Below, one piece after another: positions 20,157 to 31,511 of a stretch of DNA of 64,000 bases (within the stretch, counting starts at the first letter, position 1; every line of letters begins with the position of its first letter). A program made the position numbers and the translations under genes. This DNA is from Candidatus Poribacteria bacterium. GTDB lineage: Bacteria; Poribacteria; WGA-4E; PCPOR2b. Under the pieces are notes generated by a model. The model saw only the letters and a list, made by a program, of their open reading frames with translations. It searched no databases and was not told where the DNA came from. The stretch is from contig OZ244587.1 of the NCBI GenBank assembly GCA_965218095.1, positions 3,520,001-3,584,000 on the forward strand, given 5' to 3'.

Positions 20157-21493
20157 CTACTTTGCCAACCACGCACTCTCAAACGCAATGACGCCGCCCG
20201 GTATGATATTCATATCACGAACTTTGGGTTGACACAGAAAGCTGGCGGGCAGGAGATAAAGCGGAATCAGGGACTCGGTCTGGTCGCTCGCTAAGGAGAG
20301 AACGTCACGATCTTGAGGAATTGGCATCGACAGCAGGGCAAGCGCATTAGAGCCGCTCTTGAGAATTTGCTGAAACGCATCGGGATTTGTCGTTTTGACC
20401 ACTACCTGCAACCCAATCTGAGATAGATAGTCACGTCCCAGCCGCGTTGCAATCGCGCTGCCTGCATTGTCCGGGAGTGGGGCGTAGATTAGACTGAGCG
20501 TTTGTGAACCATCCCAGCCTCCATGCTTTAAGCGTCTGCGCGCCTTCACACGGTCGTAGGAGAGTGTAGAGGGGATAGATGCCATCTGGGAGGATTTTTC
20601 CCCGTACTGCAACTGCAAGAGCGCATTCACATCAACTGCATATTTGATCACATTGTGCCAAGCCGGGGGGTTGGGGATTTGCGGCATCAGGCGAAGATAC
20701 ACAAGCGTTGCTGCATCTGTTTGAATCAAGACCTCATCGAGCTCTTCACGCTGGTGCCTTTCCGCTTCTGTGAAGGGAAGCGGCAAAGCATCTAAGACCC
20801 CCGATTCAAAATCGAACAGGGCTTCACGTATATTCGCATAGTAACGGAAGGTCACCCCGTCCAAATACGGTCTACCCCAAACGTAATCCAAGTTCGCCCG
20901 CAATCGTACTTCCGTCGAGCTGTAAGAATCCAGGCGAAATCGGCCTGTGCCGATCGGTTGCCGGTTCCCTTGTGTCGTGATCCACGCTGTCGGCGAAGTC
21001 AGTTTTCCAGGAATTCCGGATCGCCGGCTTGCAATGTAACCTGGAGGTGGGCATCATCAATGACGCGAATTCCTTGAATCTGTTCGGTCGTGTTGTTTCG
21101 ATACCCTTCCGTGCCCTTAATGAGGAACAGCGGTTGGAGAGAGACGAGCCAATTGCCATCTTGTACCGATCGTTCCCACCCCCGTTTCACATCACTCGCC
21201 CTCACCGGTTTGCTATTGTGAAATTTCGCCCCCTGCGCGATTGTAAACCGCCAGATCCGATGGTCATCGGAATGCGTCCAGCTTTGGGCAACCGCCGAGA
21301 TAATCCGTCCAAAACGATCGCGTTTCACCAGCCCTTCATACAGGTTTGACGAGACCTGCAGCTCCGCAAAATTGAGATAGTTGACCGCGTCCAGCGTTGT
21401 GACAGGCTGAAAAACCGCGTGCTGCAGCGTCCCCCCGAATCTCGGGTGTGGGGCAGATTCGACAGCTACAGCCATCAAACAGAGAATCGCCAT
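20157..21493 (-). pseudogene. Family 5 ABC substrate-binding protein, frameshifted near 21000
   Basis: GGTL…LYEGLV…AQSW…FHN…DVK N-terminal half (20999..21493); PYLDGVTF C-terminal half (20157..20903). Confidence 0.75.
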
Positions 21494-21548
21494 GCAAAAA
21501 AAAGGGGGCAGATAAATCTTCCCGCCCCGGTCATTCCTTGATCTATAG

Positions 21549-21653
21549 AACGTAAAACGTAAAACGTAAAACGTAAAGCGTGAATGACCTCCTGAACCCT
21601 TGAACTCCTGAACTCATAGCTTTCTGAACCTCTGACCTCCTGAACCCTTGAAC
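21549..21653. repeat. Short tandem repeats: (AAACGTA)~4 and a duplicated TGACCTCCTGAACCCTTGAAC
   Basis: Read directly from the sequence. Confidence 0.8.
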
Positions 21654-21686
21654 GCCTTTACCTACCTTGTGTCTCTGTTGGTAGTA

Positions 21687-22982
21687 CTAACCTGCCTGCG
21701 CCATTTCGTCTAAGCTGCTCAACAGGGCATCCATCTCAATCTGCAGATTTCGCAGTTCTTTGGAAACATCATCACTTTCAAGGCGGGCGTTACTAATCTT
21801 AGCTGTCTTGATCCGTATGATTTTGGCGTGCGTGTTATCAAGCGACACACGAATCGTCGTCAACTGGGCATTGGTCTGTGCCGCCAGGTCTTCGATCTGC
21901 TCATGATTTTCAATTCGATCTTCGAGGGCTTTCAACGCTTCCTCATATTGAGAATACACCGTCGCGTTGGGCGCCTCTGCGAGCTTTCTCGTGATTTCCA
22001 CTCTTTCATCGTGGAGCTTTTGCATGTCGGTCGTCTGCAGGTAATCATCGATCTGTTGCAGGCGGGAGATGAGATTGGCGGCCTTTGCAAAAACGCTATC
22101 AATATGTTCAATCGAACTCTCCAACAGTGGTTTGACGCCTGCGTTAGCAGAATGAACCTGCTCAAAAATCCTATTACGAAGTTCACGAATCCGCGAAATG
22201 GGGCCAATGTATTTGGCTTTAAGTTTGAAGGGATATTCTTGCCAGGGTTCGAGCGCTTCTTGTTGAAAAGCCACTTCAGGCTTGAAGAGGTCACGATAGG
22301 CGATTACCTGGACACAGACAGCAAATGGGATAGTGATAAATATACCAACGATGAATCCGGCAACACCTATGAATGAGATGACGGTGAAGGACAGTCTATG
22401 CCAAAGCTGTGGCACGGTGAAAAATATTCCCATTGAGAATCCAACGATGCCCATAAGTGAAATAAAGGTCAAAGTCAGTCCATATAGCCAAAACCGTCCC
22501 CAATTCTTCAATGACCCCCACCCCTCCTTCCACTTAAATGTAAATACAGTTTTGAACGCAGTGCGAAAGGCGGCGCCGACAGCTTGCCGTTCGTCGATTA
22601 ACAGCGGAAATGCCAACATCGAAGTCGCCCAGACCAGTGGGGCGAATGGGAGGAGAGTGGTTGAAGCCAAAAAGATAAGCAATGAGAAGAACGCGCCCCA
22701 ATACCGCTGAAATCCCTTGAAGATGTCACGAATCCGTGGATTTTCTCCATGCACCGACTTCAACGCCATGTAATACAGACCGGCATAGAGTGGCGCAAAA
22801 AAAAAGACAATCAGCGGAGGAATGCAGATTAAAGCTGAGAAAAGGCTGGCAAAGAAAAAAGTGAATAGATTTTGTTTGTACAGTTTCCAGCCGTCAGTGA
22901 ACCATTTTTCAATCGTGACTGCGGGTTGATTTGCCATAAATTCGCCGCACACAACATGCCCCCTTTGTCTGAAACAAGGCAT
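21687..22982 (-). CDS. Multi-pass membrane protein with C-terminal coiled-coil domain
   Basis: Hydrophobic N-terminal half (…IFKGFQRY…); charged helical C-terminal half. Confidence 0.75.
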   Translation of the reverse strand: MPCFRQRGHVVCGEFMANQPAVTIEKWFTDGWKLYKQNLFTFFFASLFSALICIPPLIVFFFAPLYAGLYYMALKSVHGENPRIRDIFKGFQRYWGAFFSLLIFLASTTLLPFAPLVWATSMLAFPLLIDERQAVGAAFRTAFKTVFTFKWKEGWGSLKNWGRFWLYGLTLTFISLMGIVGFSMGIFFTVPQLWHRLSFTVISFIGVAGFIVGIFITIPFAVCVQVIAYRDLFKPEVAFQQEALEPWQEYPFKLKAKYIGPISRIRELRNRIFEQVHSANAGVKPLLESSIEHIDSVFAKAANLISRLQQIDDYLQTTDMQKLHDERVEITRKLAEAPNATVYSQYEEALKALEDRIENHEQIEDLAAQTNAQLTTIRVSLDNTHAKIIRIKTAKISNARLESDDVSKELRNLQIEMDALLSSLDEMAQAG

Positions 22983-23170
22983 TGTAGAAGTGTGGTACTT
23001 CTCCTTTCTTTTAGGGCTTCAGCTTAACCGGCAACAAGATTTTCAGAAGTCGAGCGGGTCCGATCTTCGATTGAGACGAGCACTGCCAAGTTCCGTTCCG
23101 AGAATCCCGATTCCTCGGGGCCCGTTTGATCTTGACAACAAAACAACATGAATCCCGATCTATCGGGACT

Positions 23171-23390
23171 CTACGGGATCTCCGTTTTGCGAAGTCTCGT
23201 TGTAGTGCTAGGTGCCAACGAGGCATTTAAAACGTGGTAACGCTCTATATTGTTAAAAATCTCCAATAACACCCATTTTGTGGGCGATACGTTCTCTGCC
23301 ACGTCGTTTTCGTGACAACCGTTGGTTGGTCTTGCGCACCACTTTCTGGTGCTGTTTGAAGAAACTAGGAGATTGAGCATCGGCACCGTC
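23171..23390 (-). mobile_element. Possible IS1-family InsB remnant
   Basis: NNIERY…RLRKT resembles InsB TNHIERFN…RLVRKT; heavily decayed. Confidence 0.35.
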
Positions 23391-23826
23391 TGACGCCGTG
23401 AGATAAGTTTTCAGCCCAAAGTCGAAGCCGACGATTTTACCGGTTCGCTCAACGACTTGCGGCTGTGTTTCGGCATCGGTGACAGCAATGATATAGAGGT
23501 CTCCGACGCCAGATCTAAAGATCGGGGGTTTCTCGCGTTTTCTCTAAGGAAAAACCTGGTTTTGGATTCGGGATAAACTTCAAATTTCGGCTGTCCTGTC
23601 GCTTGAACCATAAGGCACTAAAAATAATCACTATTTTAAGCAAGGAGGTATTATGAAAAGAAAACACCCCCAAAAACGGGTGAATCCCATCCCAATGATA
23701 ACCACTGTTACCGCCCCTTGCGGATGGTCAGAGGACTAACCGCAGATTTTCAAGCCCGTGTTCTATTGTGTTGAGATTGGAATGACGCATAGTATATGCG
23801 AAATAGGGTAGGATTAGCGTTCTTCA

Positions 23827-25959
23827 TCACTGCTGAATGTTGAGGCTGAAGCGTACATGTCGTTCAGCGGCTGGATAAAAGTAGACCAGTCCACTCCCTG
23901 AAGCATCGGGGAAACCCGTTGTACTGTAGGATTTATCAAAGATATTGAATACGTCGAATGTAGCAGAAACGAGACCGAGTTGATATCCAAGCCGAGCATC
24001 CACAGTGGTATAGTTGGGAAGCGTAATCGTATTCGCGTCATTGAGAAAAATACGGTTTGCAGATTTAACGATGATGCTGCCATCAACCCCGGATTTGTGT
24101 ACGGCGTTGACGCCGCCAACGATGACATCGCGTGGGATTGCCTTTAGGAACTTCCCTTCATTCTTGCCAATTTGGGATTTTGCGGACTGATGTGTGTAAT
24201 TGAGGAAAAGATTCAGATTCGACTTGATGCTAAACTTTATTCCGGTCTCAACTCCCTGGTGACGACTTTTACCTATGTTCACGTATTCGAGCTTCTGAAG
24301 GTCAAAATCCAACTCATCTTTCATATCCATTGTATACGCAGCGAGCGAAAATTCGCCGAACAACAGGTTTGGAGAGAGTACCACACGATGATAACCTCCC
24401 ACCTCCAGAGATGTCCCAAATTGTGGGTTCAGGTCACCGCTTGAGAGCAAGATTTTGAACGGTGGATCCGGTGGAAATTGAACGATAATCGAGCGCTGGT
24501 CATAGAGCTGATCGAGTGTTGGGGCCTTGAACGACCGAGAAACGTTGGTGTACAAATTACCGACATGCTTCTCTGTGTTAAGATAACGGTAATTCGCCCC
24601 CGCTTTTGGGCTGAACTCCGAATGGGTTGTCGATTGTCCCTCCCCTTGACTGGGTACTTTCGGGGTAAATTCATCTCGAAGTATATCGGCGCGTCCTCCT
24701 AGGATAATACGCAGTTTTTGAATCGGCATTAGTTCGTATTGAAGGAATCCAGCAATCGAATGTCGAGTGCTATCGCCCTGTTCGTCCAACTTTCCCCGCG
24801 TGACAGAGACCGCATTCCTATAGTCATTCAATCCACCAAGGAAGAATTGATAATACTCGGACGAGAGCGAGTGCAATCCCGCGTCAATGCCAAGGATGAG
24901 ACGATTTTTAAAGGGAAGTCCAAGTTGGTCGAACGTCAGTTGAAGTGAGCTCGCGAGGCGTGATACTGTAAGCAAGCGATTCTTTGTATCGGCAAATTTG
25001 GGACTCAGCGGAAGTGTCCTGACAGCATCAGAATCGCGAATCTCTCCGGAAATCGTACTCGAGAATTGAATCGTTTCATGAAGTTTATACTCACCTGTTA
25101 ACGCGCCACGATGCGTTCGGTCGGTGGTATGGTCAAATTTAAAGTACGGCGAGGATTGAGTGCGAGACTCGTCTAATTTAGCACTGGTCAACGGACCAGG
25201 TTCATCAAATTGCTGGAAGTGATGAGTCGTAGAAAGGGAGAGTGAGGCGTTCGGTGTTTGAAGCACCGTGAAGGAACCACCAATATTTTCTACCGCACGG
25301 TCGGCATGTTCCCGGAACCCGGTGTCTCTTTCCCCCGATCCAAATACCATATACTGATGCCCATTCCAAACACTGCTTGCTCGCGCCTGTGCGCCGAGTG
25401 AACCAAACGTCCCGCCAGTTACTGAAAACTGTGTTGAGGGTGTATGTTCGCCTGATGTAACAATGTTGACAACGCCGCCAATTGCTGAATCGCCGTAAAG
25501 CGAAGATGCGCCCCCGCGCAGAAATTCAATTGACTTAATACTTGACAGCGGAATGGCATTCCAGTTCATCAGCCCTTTCTCGAGTTCGTTGAGCGGTTTT
25601 CCGTCCATCATAACAAGCACATACTCCGCTTCGCCGCCACCATAAAAACCGCGCAGACTCGCTAACGAGTCGCGTCCGAGCCCATCACGGTTCAAGAAGA
25701 CAACTCCGGGCAAAGTTCCCAAGGCATCGGAGAGATTCTTAAGTGGCAACGATTTTATTTCAGAGGAAGTACGGACGGACACAGCAGCGGTAGACTCGAA
25801 AAGCGGGTGTGCCATGCGCTCCGTGGTTACAATAATTTCCTTGAGTTGATAAATCCGATTGGAGTCATCATCCGCTACGACACGGCCGAGGAAAATCGGC
25901 GAAAACTGATTGATGCAGATTACGGCAAGAACAACTAGATTAAAACGTTGATTGAACAT
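23827..25959 (-). CDS. TonB-dependent receptor
   Basis: Signal peptide, EIIVT TonB box, plug domain (LRGF…DGKP…IEFLRGGASSLYG..AIGGVVNIVT), C-terminal VFNIFDKSY; RBS before ATG 25959. Confidence 0.92.
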   Translation of the reverse strand: MFNQRFNLVVLAVICINQFSPIFLGRVVADDDSNRIYQLKEIIVTTERMAHPLFESTAAVSVRTSSEIKSLPLKNLSDALGTLPGVVFLNRDGLGRDSLASLRGFYGGGEAEYVLVMMDGKPLNELEKGLMNWNAIPLSSIKSIEFLRGGASSLYGDSAIGGVVNIVTSGEHTPSTQFSVTGGTFGSLGAQARASSVWNGHQYMVFGSGERDTGFREHADRAVENIGGSFTVLQTPNASLSLSTTHHFQQFDEPGPLTSAKLDESRTQSSPYFKFDHTTDRTHRGALTGEYKLHETIQFSSTISGEIRDSDAVRTLPLSPKFADTKNRLLTVSRLASSLQLTFDQLGLPFKNRLILGIDAGLHSLSSEYYQFFLGGLNDYRNAVSVTRGKLDEQGDSTRHSIAGFLQYELMPIQKLRIILGGRADILRDEFTPKVPSQGEGQSTTHSEFSPKAGANYRYLNTEKHVGNLYTNVSRSFKAPTLDQLYDQRSIIVQFPPDPPFKILLSSGDLNPQFGTSLEVGGYHRVVLSPNLLFGEFSLAAYTMDMKDELDFDLQKLEYVNIGKSRHQGVETGIKFSIKSNLNLFLNYTHQSAKSQIGKNEGKFLKAIPRDVIVGGVNAVHKSGVDGSIIVKSANRIFLNDANTITLPNYTTVDARLGYQLGLVSATFDVFNIFDKSYSTTGFPDASGSGLVYFYPAAERHVRFSLNIQQ

Positions 25960-26726
25960 GAGGATTTCTCCTTCCAAGACAATATCCGTGGTGTCCAGAA
26001 CGGCTACATGGATAAATTCACGGCAGATGGTTAGGAATTGAACACAGGTGGTCAGGGATTGAACGATTTTATCGCCAGCAAAGCCTCTACACTCGATAAC
26101 AGATTCCAGAGCGAAGCCAGACCACAATCGAAGCCATCGGTGCAATCCCAAACCCGCTCCGCGATTCGATCCGTATAAGTGGTTTAGCTGTCCAAGCGGC
26201 GATTGATGCAGTCAGCCGGTTCAGCAAACTCAATTGTCCGGCTTTAAGACCGAACTCAAGTTTCGACCCGGATAAAGGATGAAGCCAGAAACCGAGTTTT
26301 TTCCAACCAACACCCACAATTTCAGCCAAAATGTGTTTCGTCATCAAGCCTCCCTTTCGGGGCGGTTCAATTGAACTTTCGAGGGTCATCCGCCAATGAA
26401 AAACTCGGTTTCTCTCCAATAGGTCAATACTTGGGTGACCTATCGCCTCGACGATGAATTTCTAGGCGACTTTAGTCGTCATCATGGTCATGGTCGTCGT
26501 CATATGCTTGGAACTTCAAGTTCGGAGCAAGTATTCGACTTTTGTATTGACAGGATTGGCAAATGGTGTACCAACGACGTGTAGTCGTAGTGCATAGTAG
26601 GTGCTAGAATCCAGTTTCGGAATGATTGGCTTAGGAACAGATTTGATAATCGGCTTGCGTACCGTTGACTTTGGGGGGTTCAGTGGGTGTGAGAATATTC
26701 TTAATGTCCCAACCGCGCCAACGATG

Positions 26727-27212
26727 CTAATCATCATCGTCTGCTTCTGTCATTGGAAGCGCCGAATTCATTTCTGATCGAATCTCCGAATGACGTATCT
26801 TCCCACCCAGATCTGCTGTCCATGCCATCAATGCCGAGACGACAATTGCAAGTATCAACGCTAACGTGACATATCCTTTTAGAAGGGTATCGGCATGACG
26901 AGAACGCCACAGCACGATTAAGGCGAGAATGCCCAAGATGCCAACGGCTATAAGGGAGACCAGTGCTGCTTCTTCATGTTCCTCAATAATCGGTTCAGCC
27001 ACACCCGGCAGATGTTCGACGATTTCTTCCGTTGGCTCACCGGTGAAATAAACCGGCAGCGTCGCTACGGCAATGATGACGAAGACGCCCAAACTCACGC
27101 GCTTGATTTCTTCGTTTTTCTTTGCCATACCGAAAACCAGCAATAGCGTACCAAACACCGTTCCTAAAACCGGAATGTGATTGAGCAAAAGATGTACATG
27201 CGCCCAATTCAT
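26727..27212 (-). CDS. DUF2231-like four-helix membrane protein
   Basis: HLLLNHIP…TGE…HEEAA…GGKIRHSEIR. Confidence 0.75.
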   Translation of the reverse strand: MNWAHVHLLLNHIPVLGTVFGTLLLVFGMAKKNEEIKRVSLGVFVIIAVATLPVYFTGEPTEEIVEHLPGVAEPIIEEHEEAALVSLIAVGILGILALIVLWRSRHADTLLKGYVTLALILAIVVSALMAWTADLGGKIRHSEIRSEMNSALPMTEADDDD

Positions 27213-27431
27213 AGGATTTACCTCCGAGATTAGATTTGGTAAAAGGGGAAATGCTCCTCGAAAGTTCCGTTCAATCAAGACGCCACTTCAATATCACCGA
27301 TAAAACCGAAATTCTCAGATGCGCCCGTCAGTCCAATGGGAAATCCGACGCCGAATTCCAGTCCGAACGCTTCCTATTCGATAGCAGGGATGAGCGCAAG
27401 TTGGTTCGCCTCTCCGAATAAGTGAATAGCA

Positions 27432-27446
27432 GCAAACGGTATGCCA
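27432..27446 (-). promoter_or_regulatory. Sigma54 -24/-12 promoter for the DUF2231/TonB locus
   Basis: TGGCATACCGTTTGC (GG-N10-GC); palindrome TGTTCA-N5-TGAACA upstream at 27520-27536. Confidence 0.65.
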
Positions 27447-28205
27447 AAACTAATTCAAAGTGGAAATGGCGTCTATACGCGAATTTCTAATGATTTTTGC
27501 CTGATTTACTTTTTCAGGTTGTTCATTTTTTGAACAGTCCTGTTCAAGAGAACTGAAGGCCACAGCCCTCTCCCGCTCGAAAACCACTAACGATCCTGCA
27601 ACCTTTGTGCAACGTTGCGTTCTTCCTGCTCAACCGCATTGGAATAAATCGCCGTCGTTTTGATACGGTGCATTTGCAAAGATTAAAACGAAAACTTCGG
27701 TTACAAATCCGGATGTGCTACACTGCGAGGTACAACCCAAACAGTCTTATTGCTTCTCACACATCCTGAAAATGGAACCAATGAACATTCGTCAGCAGAT
27801 TGGGTCGGTTCAGGTTCAACAACTGGTAATCACAACGACAGCAACCGATTTGACATTGATATGGTCACTGAAAGGTATAACCAAAGTGGAAAAGCTAGAG
27901 GCACCGGAAATGAAGCCCTTGGAATTGGCTGCGTGTCTCATACATTTCTGCAAGCCGCTGGCGTTGAATTGGTTGCCGTCGTTTTTGCGGAGGAGCTGGC
28001 GATTGAAAAGAAAGACACAAATCTGATACAGAATCAAACGGATATTTTCCTGACTTGCCCCCAGTTTTTAAGGAGAGCGTATCATCATCGATCATGCGCC
28101 GATACCACTCTCAAAGGTATAGTTGGAAAGAAAATCGTACATCTGCTCAACGGTATAGTCAGCGTATGGGCCGAATTTATGGGAGTTTTCAGGAACGGCT
28201 ATTCA

Positions 28206-29333
28206 TCACACGGCGTACGCAACCGAGCCGTCCTCGCGCAATAAGGTCTGGCCGGTGTTCATGGGTTGGTAGGGAGTTTGATCAATCAAGCTGTCGTCGA
28301 GCTCCACACCCAGCCCTGGCATTTCAGGAATCGGGATAAAGCCTCCCTCACGTTGGTACGAGGTTTTGTAGACCGCGTGGTGCGAGGCTTCGTCGCCCTT
28401 GGAGTACTCTTGGGTAATGAAGTTCGGGATGCTGGCGTCGAGGTGCAGCGAGGCAGCTGTGGTCAACGGCCCTAAGAAATTGTGGGTGACCACAGCACTA
28501 TGGTAAGATTCGGCGATAGCGGCGATTTTTTTGCAGTGGGTTAGACCGCCGGCCAGGGCCACATCTGGGCGGACGTACTGAGGTCCGCCTATGGCGAGCA
28601 ACTCGCGGAACTCCCAGATTGTGGTCAGGCGTTCACCGTTGCCCAGGGGGACGGAGATGCGCTTGGCGAGCTCCGCCTGAGAAACAATGCTGTCGATCTG
28701 GATCGGGTCTTCCAGAAAGTAGAGATTGAAAGGCGCCAGCGTCTCGGCCAGGACGATGCCGTTCATGGGCGTGAGCTTGCGGTGGACTTCGACGATGAGA
28801 TCCAGGTCGGGTCCGCCCCCCTCGCGTGCCGCCGCAACTAGATCGCGAGCCGTCTTGACGAGGCGATCCAGCCCCATATCCTGGTATCCGCTGACCACGG
28901 GATCGAACTTCAGCGCGGTGAATCCTTCTTCCACTGCGGCTTTGGCGGCCTGAAACATCGTCTCGGGAGTGGAACCACCGCCCAACAGATGCAGGCGGAT
29001 TTTGTCACGGCAATTGCCGCCTAGCAGTTCCCACACCGGGGCGCCAAAGTGCTTGCCTTTGATGTCCCACAGGGCAATATCTACGGCACTGATGGCGCCG
29101 CAGAGTGCCGTACCTCGAAACGGGCCCATGCGGTAGAGGTACTGCCAGTGATGTTCGATGCGCAAGGGATTCTGCCCAATCAGGTATTTCTCGAAGGTCG
29201 CAATGATTCTTTCCACCGCTTCAGGGTAGCCCCAGCAAGCGGTCTGACCGATACCGCTGAGGCCATTATCGGTATGGATGCGAAGCACGTAGCCGTTGCC
29301 GATAAAGAAGGATTCGATTCTTTCGATTTTCAT
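28206..29333 (-). CDS. Mandelate racemase/galactonate dehydratase-like enolase
   Basis: AISAVDIALWDIKGK, ELLGG, KFD, LEDP, GERL, GGLT. Confidence 0.9.
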   Translation of the reverse strand: MKIERIESFFIGNGYVLRIHTDNGLSGIGQTACWGYPEAVERIIATFEKYLIGQNPLRIEHHWQYLYRMGPFRGTALCGAISAVDIALWDIKGKHFGAPVWELLGGNCRDKIRLHLLGGGSTPETMFQAAKAAVEEGFTALKFDPVVSGYQDMGLDRLVKTARDLVAAAREGGGPDLDLIVEVHRKLTPMNGIVLAETLAPFNLYFLEDPIQIDSIVSQAELAKRISVPLGNGERLTTIWEFRELLAIGGPQYVRPDVALAGGLTHCKKIAAIAESYHSAVVTHNFLGPLTTAASLHLDASIPNFITQEYSKGDEASHHAVYKTSYQREGGFIPIPEMPGLGVELDDSLIDQTPYQPMNTGQTLLREDGSVAYAV

Positions 29334-29593
29334 AGGAGACTCCTTGGTATGTGATAGCACAAAAATTCTGTCGCCCAATTTAGCAGAGCGCATAACAGTT
29401 CAAAGGAGGATTTGGTTCTAAGCTGCACCGTTGTCTTCTTCTTCAATGAAATCTGCCCAAAGTTGCTCCAGATTGATGACAAGCCTATCGAACAGGTGGG
29501 GGCAGAAATCCTCGCCGCTATCCACAGTGCCAGCCCGCAAGTATCCTTCCGATGACGGAAGAGTCCTCGATCCGTTAGCTTGCGTAATATGTC

Positions 29594-31267
29594 TTACTTC
29601 TCACCCACATGCTGTTTAACCTGCTCCGGGAAATACCTCATCAAGCTCTCAGTGATATTCGGGGCGGCCATCCCGAGGCCACAGGCGCTAGTCGCCTTCA
29701 TCACCCCCCCGATGTCGCTCACCTCGCCGATCCATGTCGCTAATTCCGTCGGACCCGCCCTCCCGGCGAGGCGTTCGGTGAGACGCTGCGTGCCAATGCG
29801 GCAGGGAAAGCACTTACCGCACGATTCTTCAGCGAAGAATTCCATCGCATTATGCGCCATTTCGATTATGTCCCGGCTGTCGTCGAAGGCCATAATTCCG
29901 GCAGCGCCAAGCATAGCACCCTTGCTTCCAATGCTGGGCTCGTCAAGTGTCACATTGAGGTCGTCTCCCGCGAGGAAACCGCCGGAGAGACCTGCCATCG
30001 TGACCGCCTGGATTGAACGCCCTTCCCGCGGACCACCCGCCCAGTGGTAGAGCAGCGTCTTCAAAGGGAGTCCAAATGGCACTTCGTAGTTGGCAGGTTT
30101 CTGGATGTCGCCCGAGAGACTGATGACCTTCGTGCCGGCATGACCGTTCAGTCCGAGACTGCGATACCAATCCGCACCGCGACGCATAATCTGCGGCGTG
30201 GAGACGAGGGTCTCGACGTTGTTGACTACGGTTGGGAGGTTCTCGTAGCCGTGGGTCACCGGATATGGCGGACGATTGCGCGGGAAGGGGTGCTTACCTT
30301 CCAAACTGTTCAGAAGTGAGCCTTCCTCGCCGCAGATATAAGCGCCAGCGCCACGTCGAAGGTGGACGTGAAATCTGAAATCCTTTCCGAGTATCTTTTC
30401 GCCGAGGAAGCCCGCTTCTGCTGCCTCGGCAATTGCGCGTTCGATAATGCTGAAGGTCTCAGGGTATTCGTAACGGAGGTAAACGAAGCCGCGCGTCGCG
30501 CCGGTGGCGTAGGCGGCGAGAATCATTCCCTCGATCACCGCGTGTGGGTCGTAATCGAGGATCGCGCGGTCTTTGAAGCAGCCAGGCTCGCCCTCGTCCG
30601 CGTTACAGACGATTGTCTTCGGCTCGCCGGGGGCTTCGGCAACTGCCTTCCATTTAAACCCTGTCGGGAAACCCGCCCCTCCGCGCCCGGTGAGCTTGCT
30701 CTCCGTGATGACCTCAATAACCTCGGTTGGGTGCATCTCCTGTACCGCCTGTGTAAGCCCCTCATACCCCCCGGTCCGGCGGTAGCCCGCAATACTGGCT
30801 CGACCGGGCTCGCGAATCGAAGCGAAGACACACTCCTCAATTCCGCCTGGATTCGGTGGAGGTAGGGGAGAGGGTTTGGCTTCGAGCGCATCCGGACTCG
30901 TGCCGATGAACACCGTGTGTCCTTTGAGGACAGGCACAAAATCGTCGCAGCGGCCTGCGCAGGGCATTGGCGTCGCGCCATCCGCCTTGAGCGCCTCAAG
31001 GATTTCCTTCCCACCTACCAGACAGCAAACGGGTCCCGTACAGACTCGGGGCACGCTTTGCCCCGGCGGTGTACGGGAGAAGTGGTGGTAGAAGGTGACA
31101 CTTCCGAAAAGGTCAGCCAGTGGAATTTTAAGCCCCACAGCCACGTCCCGGAGGGCTTCCTCCGAAATAAAACCATCTCGATCATGGAAGGCATGGAGCA
31201 AGGGAAGAAGCGGCGCCGGCTCGTTACACCAGCGGTCAATGAGTTCTTGATTCGTTGGGGTTGTCAT
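29594..31267 (-). CDS. NuoE/NuoF-like NAD(H) diaphorase fusion (FMN, Fe-S)
   Basis: GRGGAGFPTG, NADEGEPG, GAGAYICGEE, ESCGKCFPCR…CGLG; N-terminal NuoE-like VTFY…CTGPVC. Confidence 0.88.
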   Translation of the reverse strand: MTTPTNQELIDRWCNEPAPLLPLLHAFHDRDGFISEEALRDVAVGLKIPLADLFGSVTFYHHFSRTPPGQSVPRVCTGPVCCLVGGKEILEALKADGATPMPCAGRCDDFVPVLKGHTVFIGTSPDALEAKPSPLPPPNPGGIEECVFASIREPGRASIAGYRRTGGYEGLTQAVQEMHPTEVIEVITESKLTGRGGAGFPTGFKWKAVAEAPGEPKTIVCNADEGEPGCFKDRAILDYDPHAVIEGMILAAYATGATRGFVYLRYEYPETFSIIERAIAEAAEAGFLGEKILGKDFRFHVHLRRGAGAYICGEEGSLLNSLEGKHPFPRNRPPYPVTHGYENLPTVVNNVETLVSTPQIMRRGADWYRSLGLNGHAGTKVISLSGDIQKPANYEVPFGLPLKTLLYHWAGGPREGRSIQAVTMAGLSGGFLAGDDLNVTLDEPSIGSKGAMLGAAGIMAFDDSRDIIEMAHNAMEFFAEESCGKCFPCRIGTQRLTERLAGRAGPTELATWIGEVSDIGGVMKATSACGLGMAAPNITESLMRYFPEQVKQHVGEK

Positions 31268-31313
31268 TCTGCGCTCCGACCAGGGAAAAGATATAAATCA
31301 CCGCAATTAAACG

Positions 31314-31371
31314 TTGACAGCATCCGCTGTCAACCTGGTACTATCTTATCAATTTTTCAGCATCAGGTCAA
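31314..31371 (-). promoter_or_regulatory. Sigma70-like promoter (31343-31371) with downstream operator-like palindrome
   Basis: TTGACC-N17-TAAGAT on the minus strand; TTGACAGC-ATCC-GCTGTCAA at 31314-31333. Confidence 0.5.
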
Positions 31372-31446
31372 CAAAAATTTCCTTTTTGTCCTTTAATTTG
31401 CCTTCATTCGGTATGTTTCGATGTAGTCTGCGGATTCATGGGCACC

Positions 31447-31472
31447 AAAAACCCCGTGCGATATACACGGGG
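31447..31472 (-). terminator. Rho-independent terminator after gmaS
   Basis: CCCCGTG/CACGGGG stem followed by a T-run on the minus strand. Confidence 0.65.
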
Positions 31473-31511
31473 CTGGGAAGTATGTCAACAGACTATCTTA
31501 CTTGTTGTGTA

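Noticed and set aside
23411-23611. ORF beginning MVQATGQPKFEVYPESKTRFFL
   Set aside because: Only ~20 aa resemble a serine-hydrolase C-terminal domain; too small to call.
27715-28244. Overlapping ORFs 27715..28026, 27750..28244 and a possible IDDxT…KTG transposase scrap
   Set aside because: No frame can be supported with confidence; probably decayed fragments.
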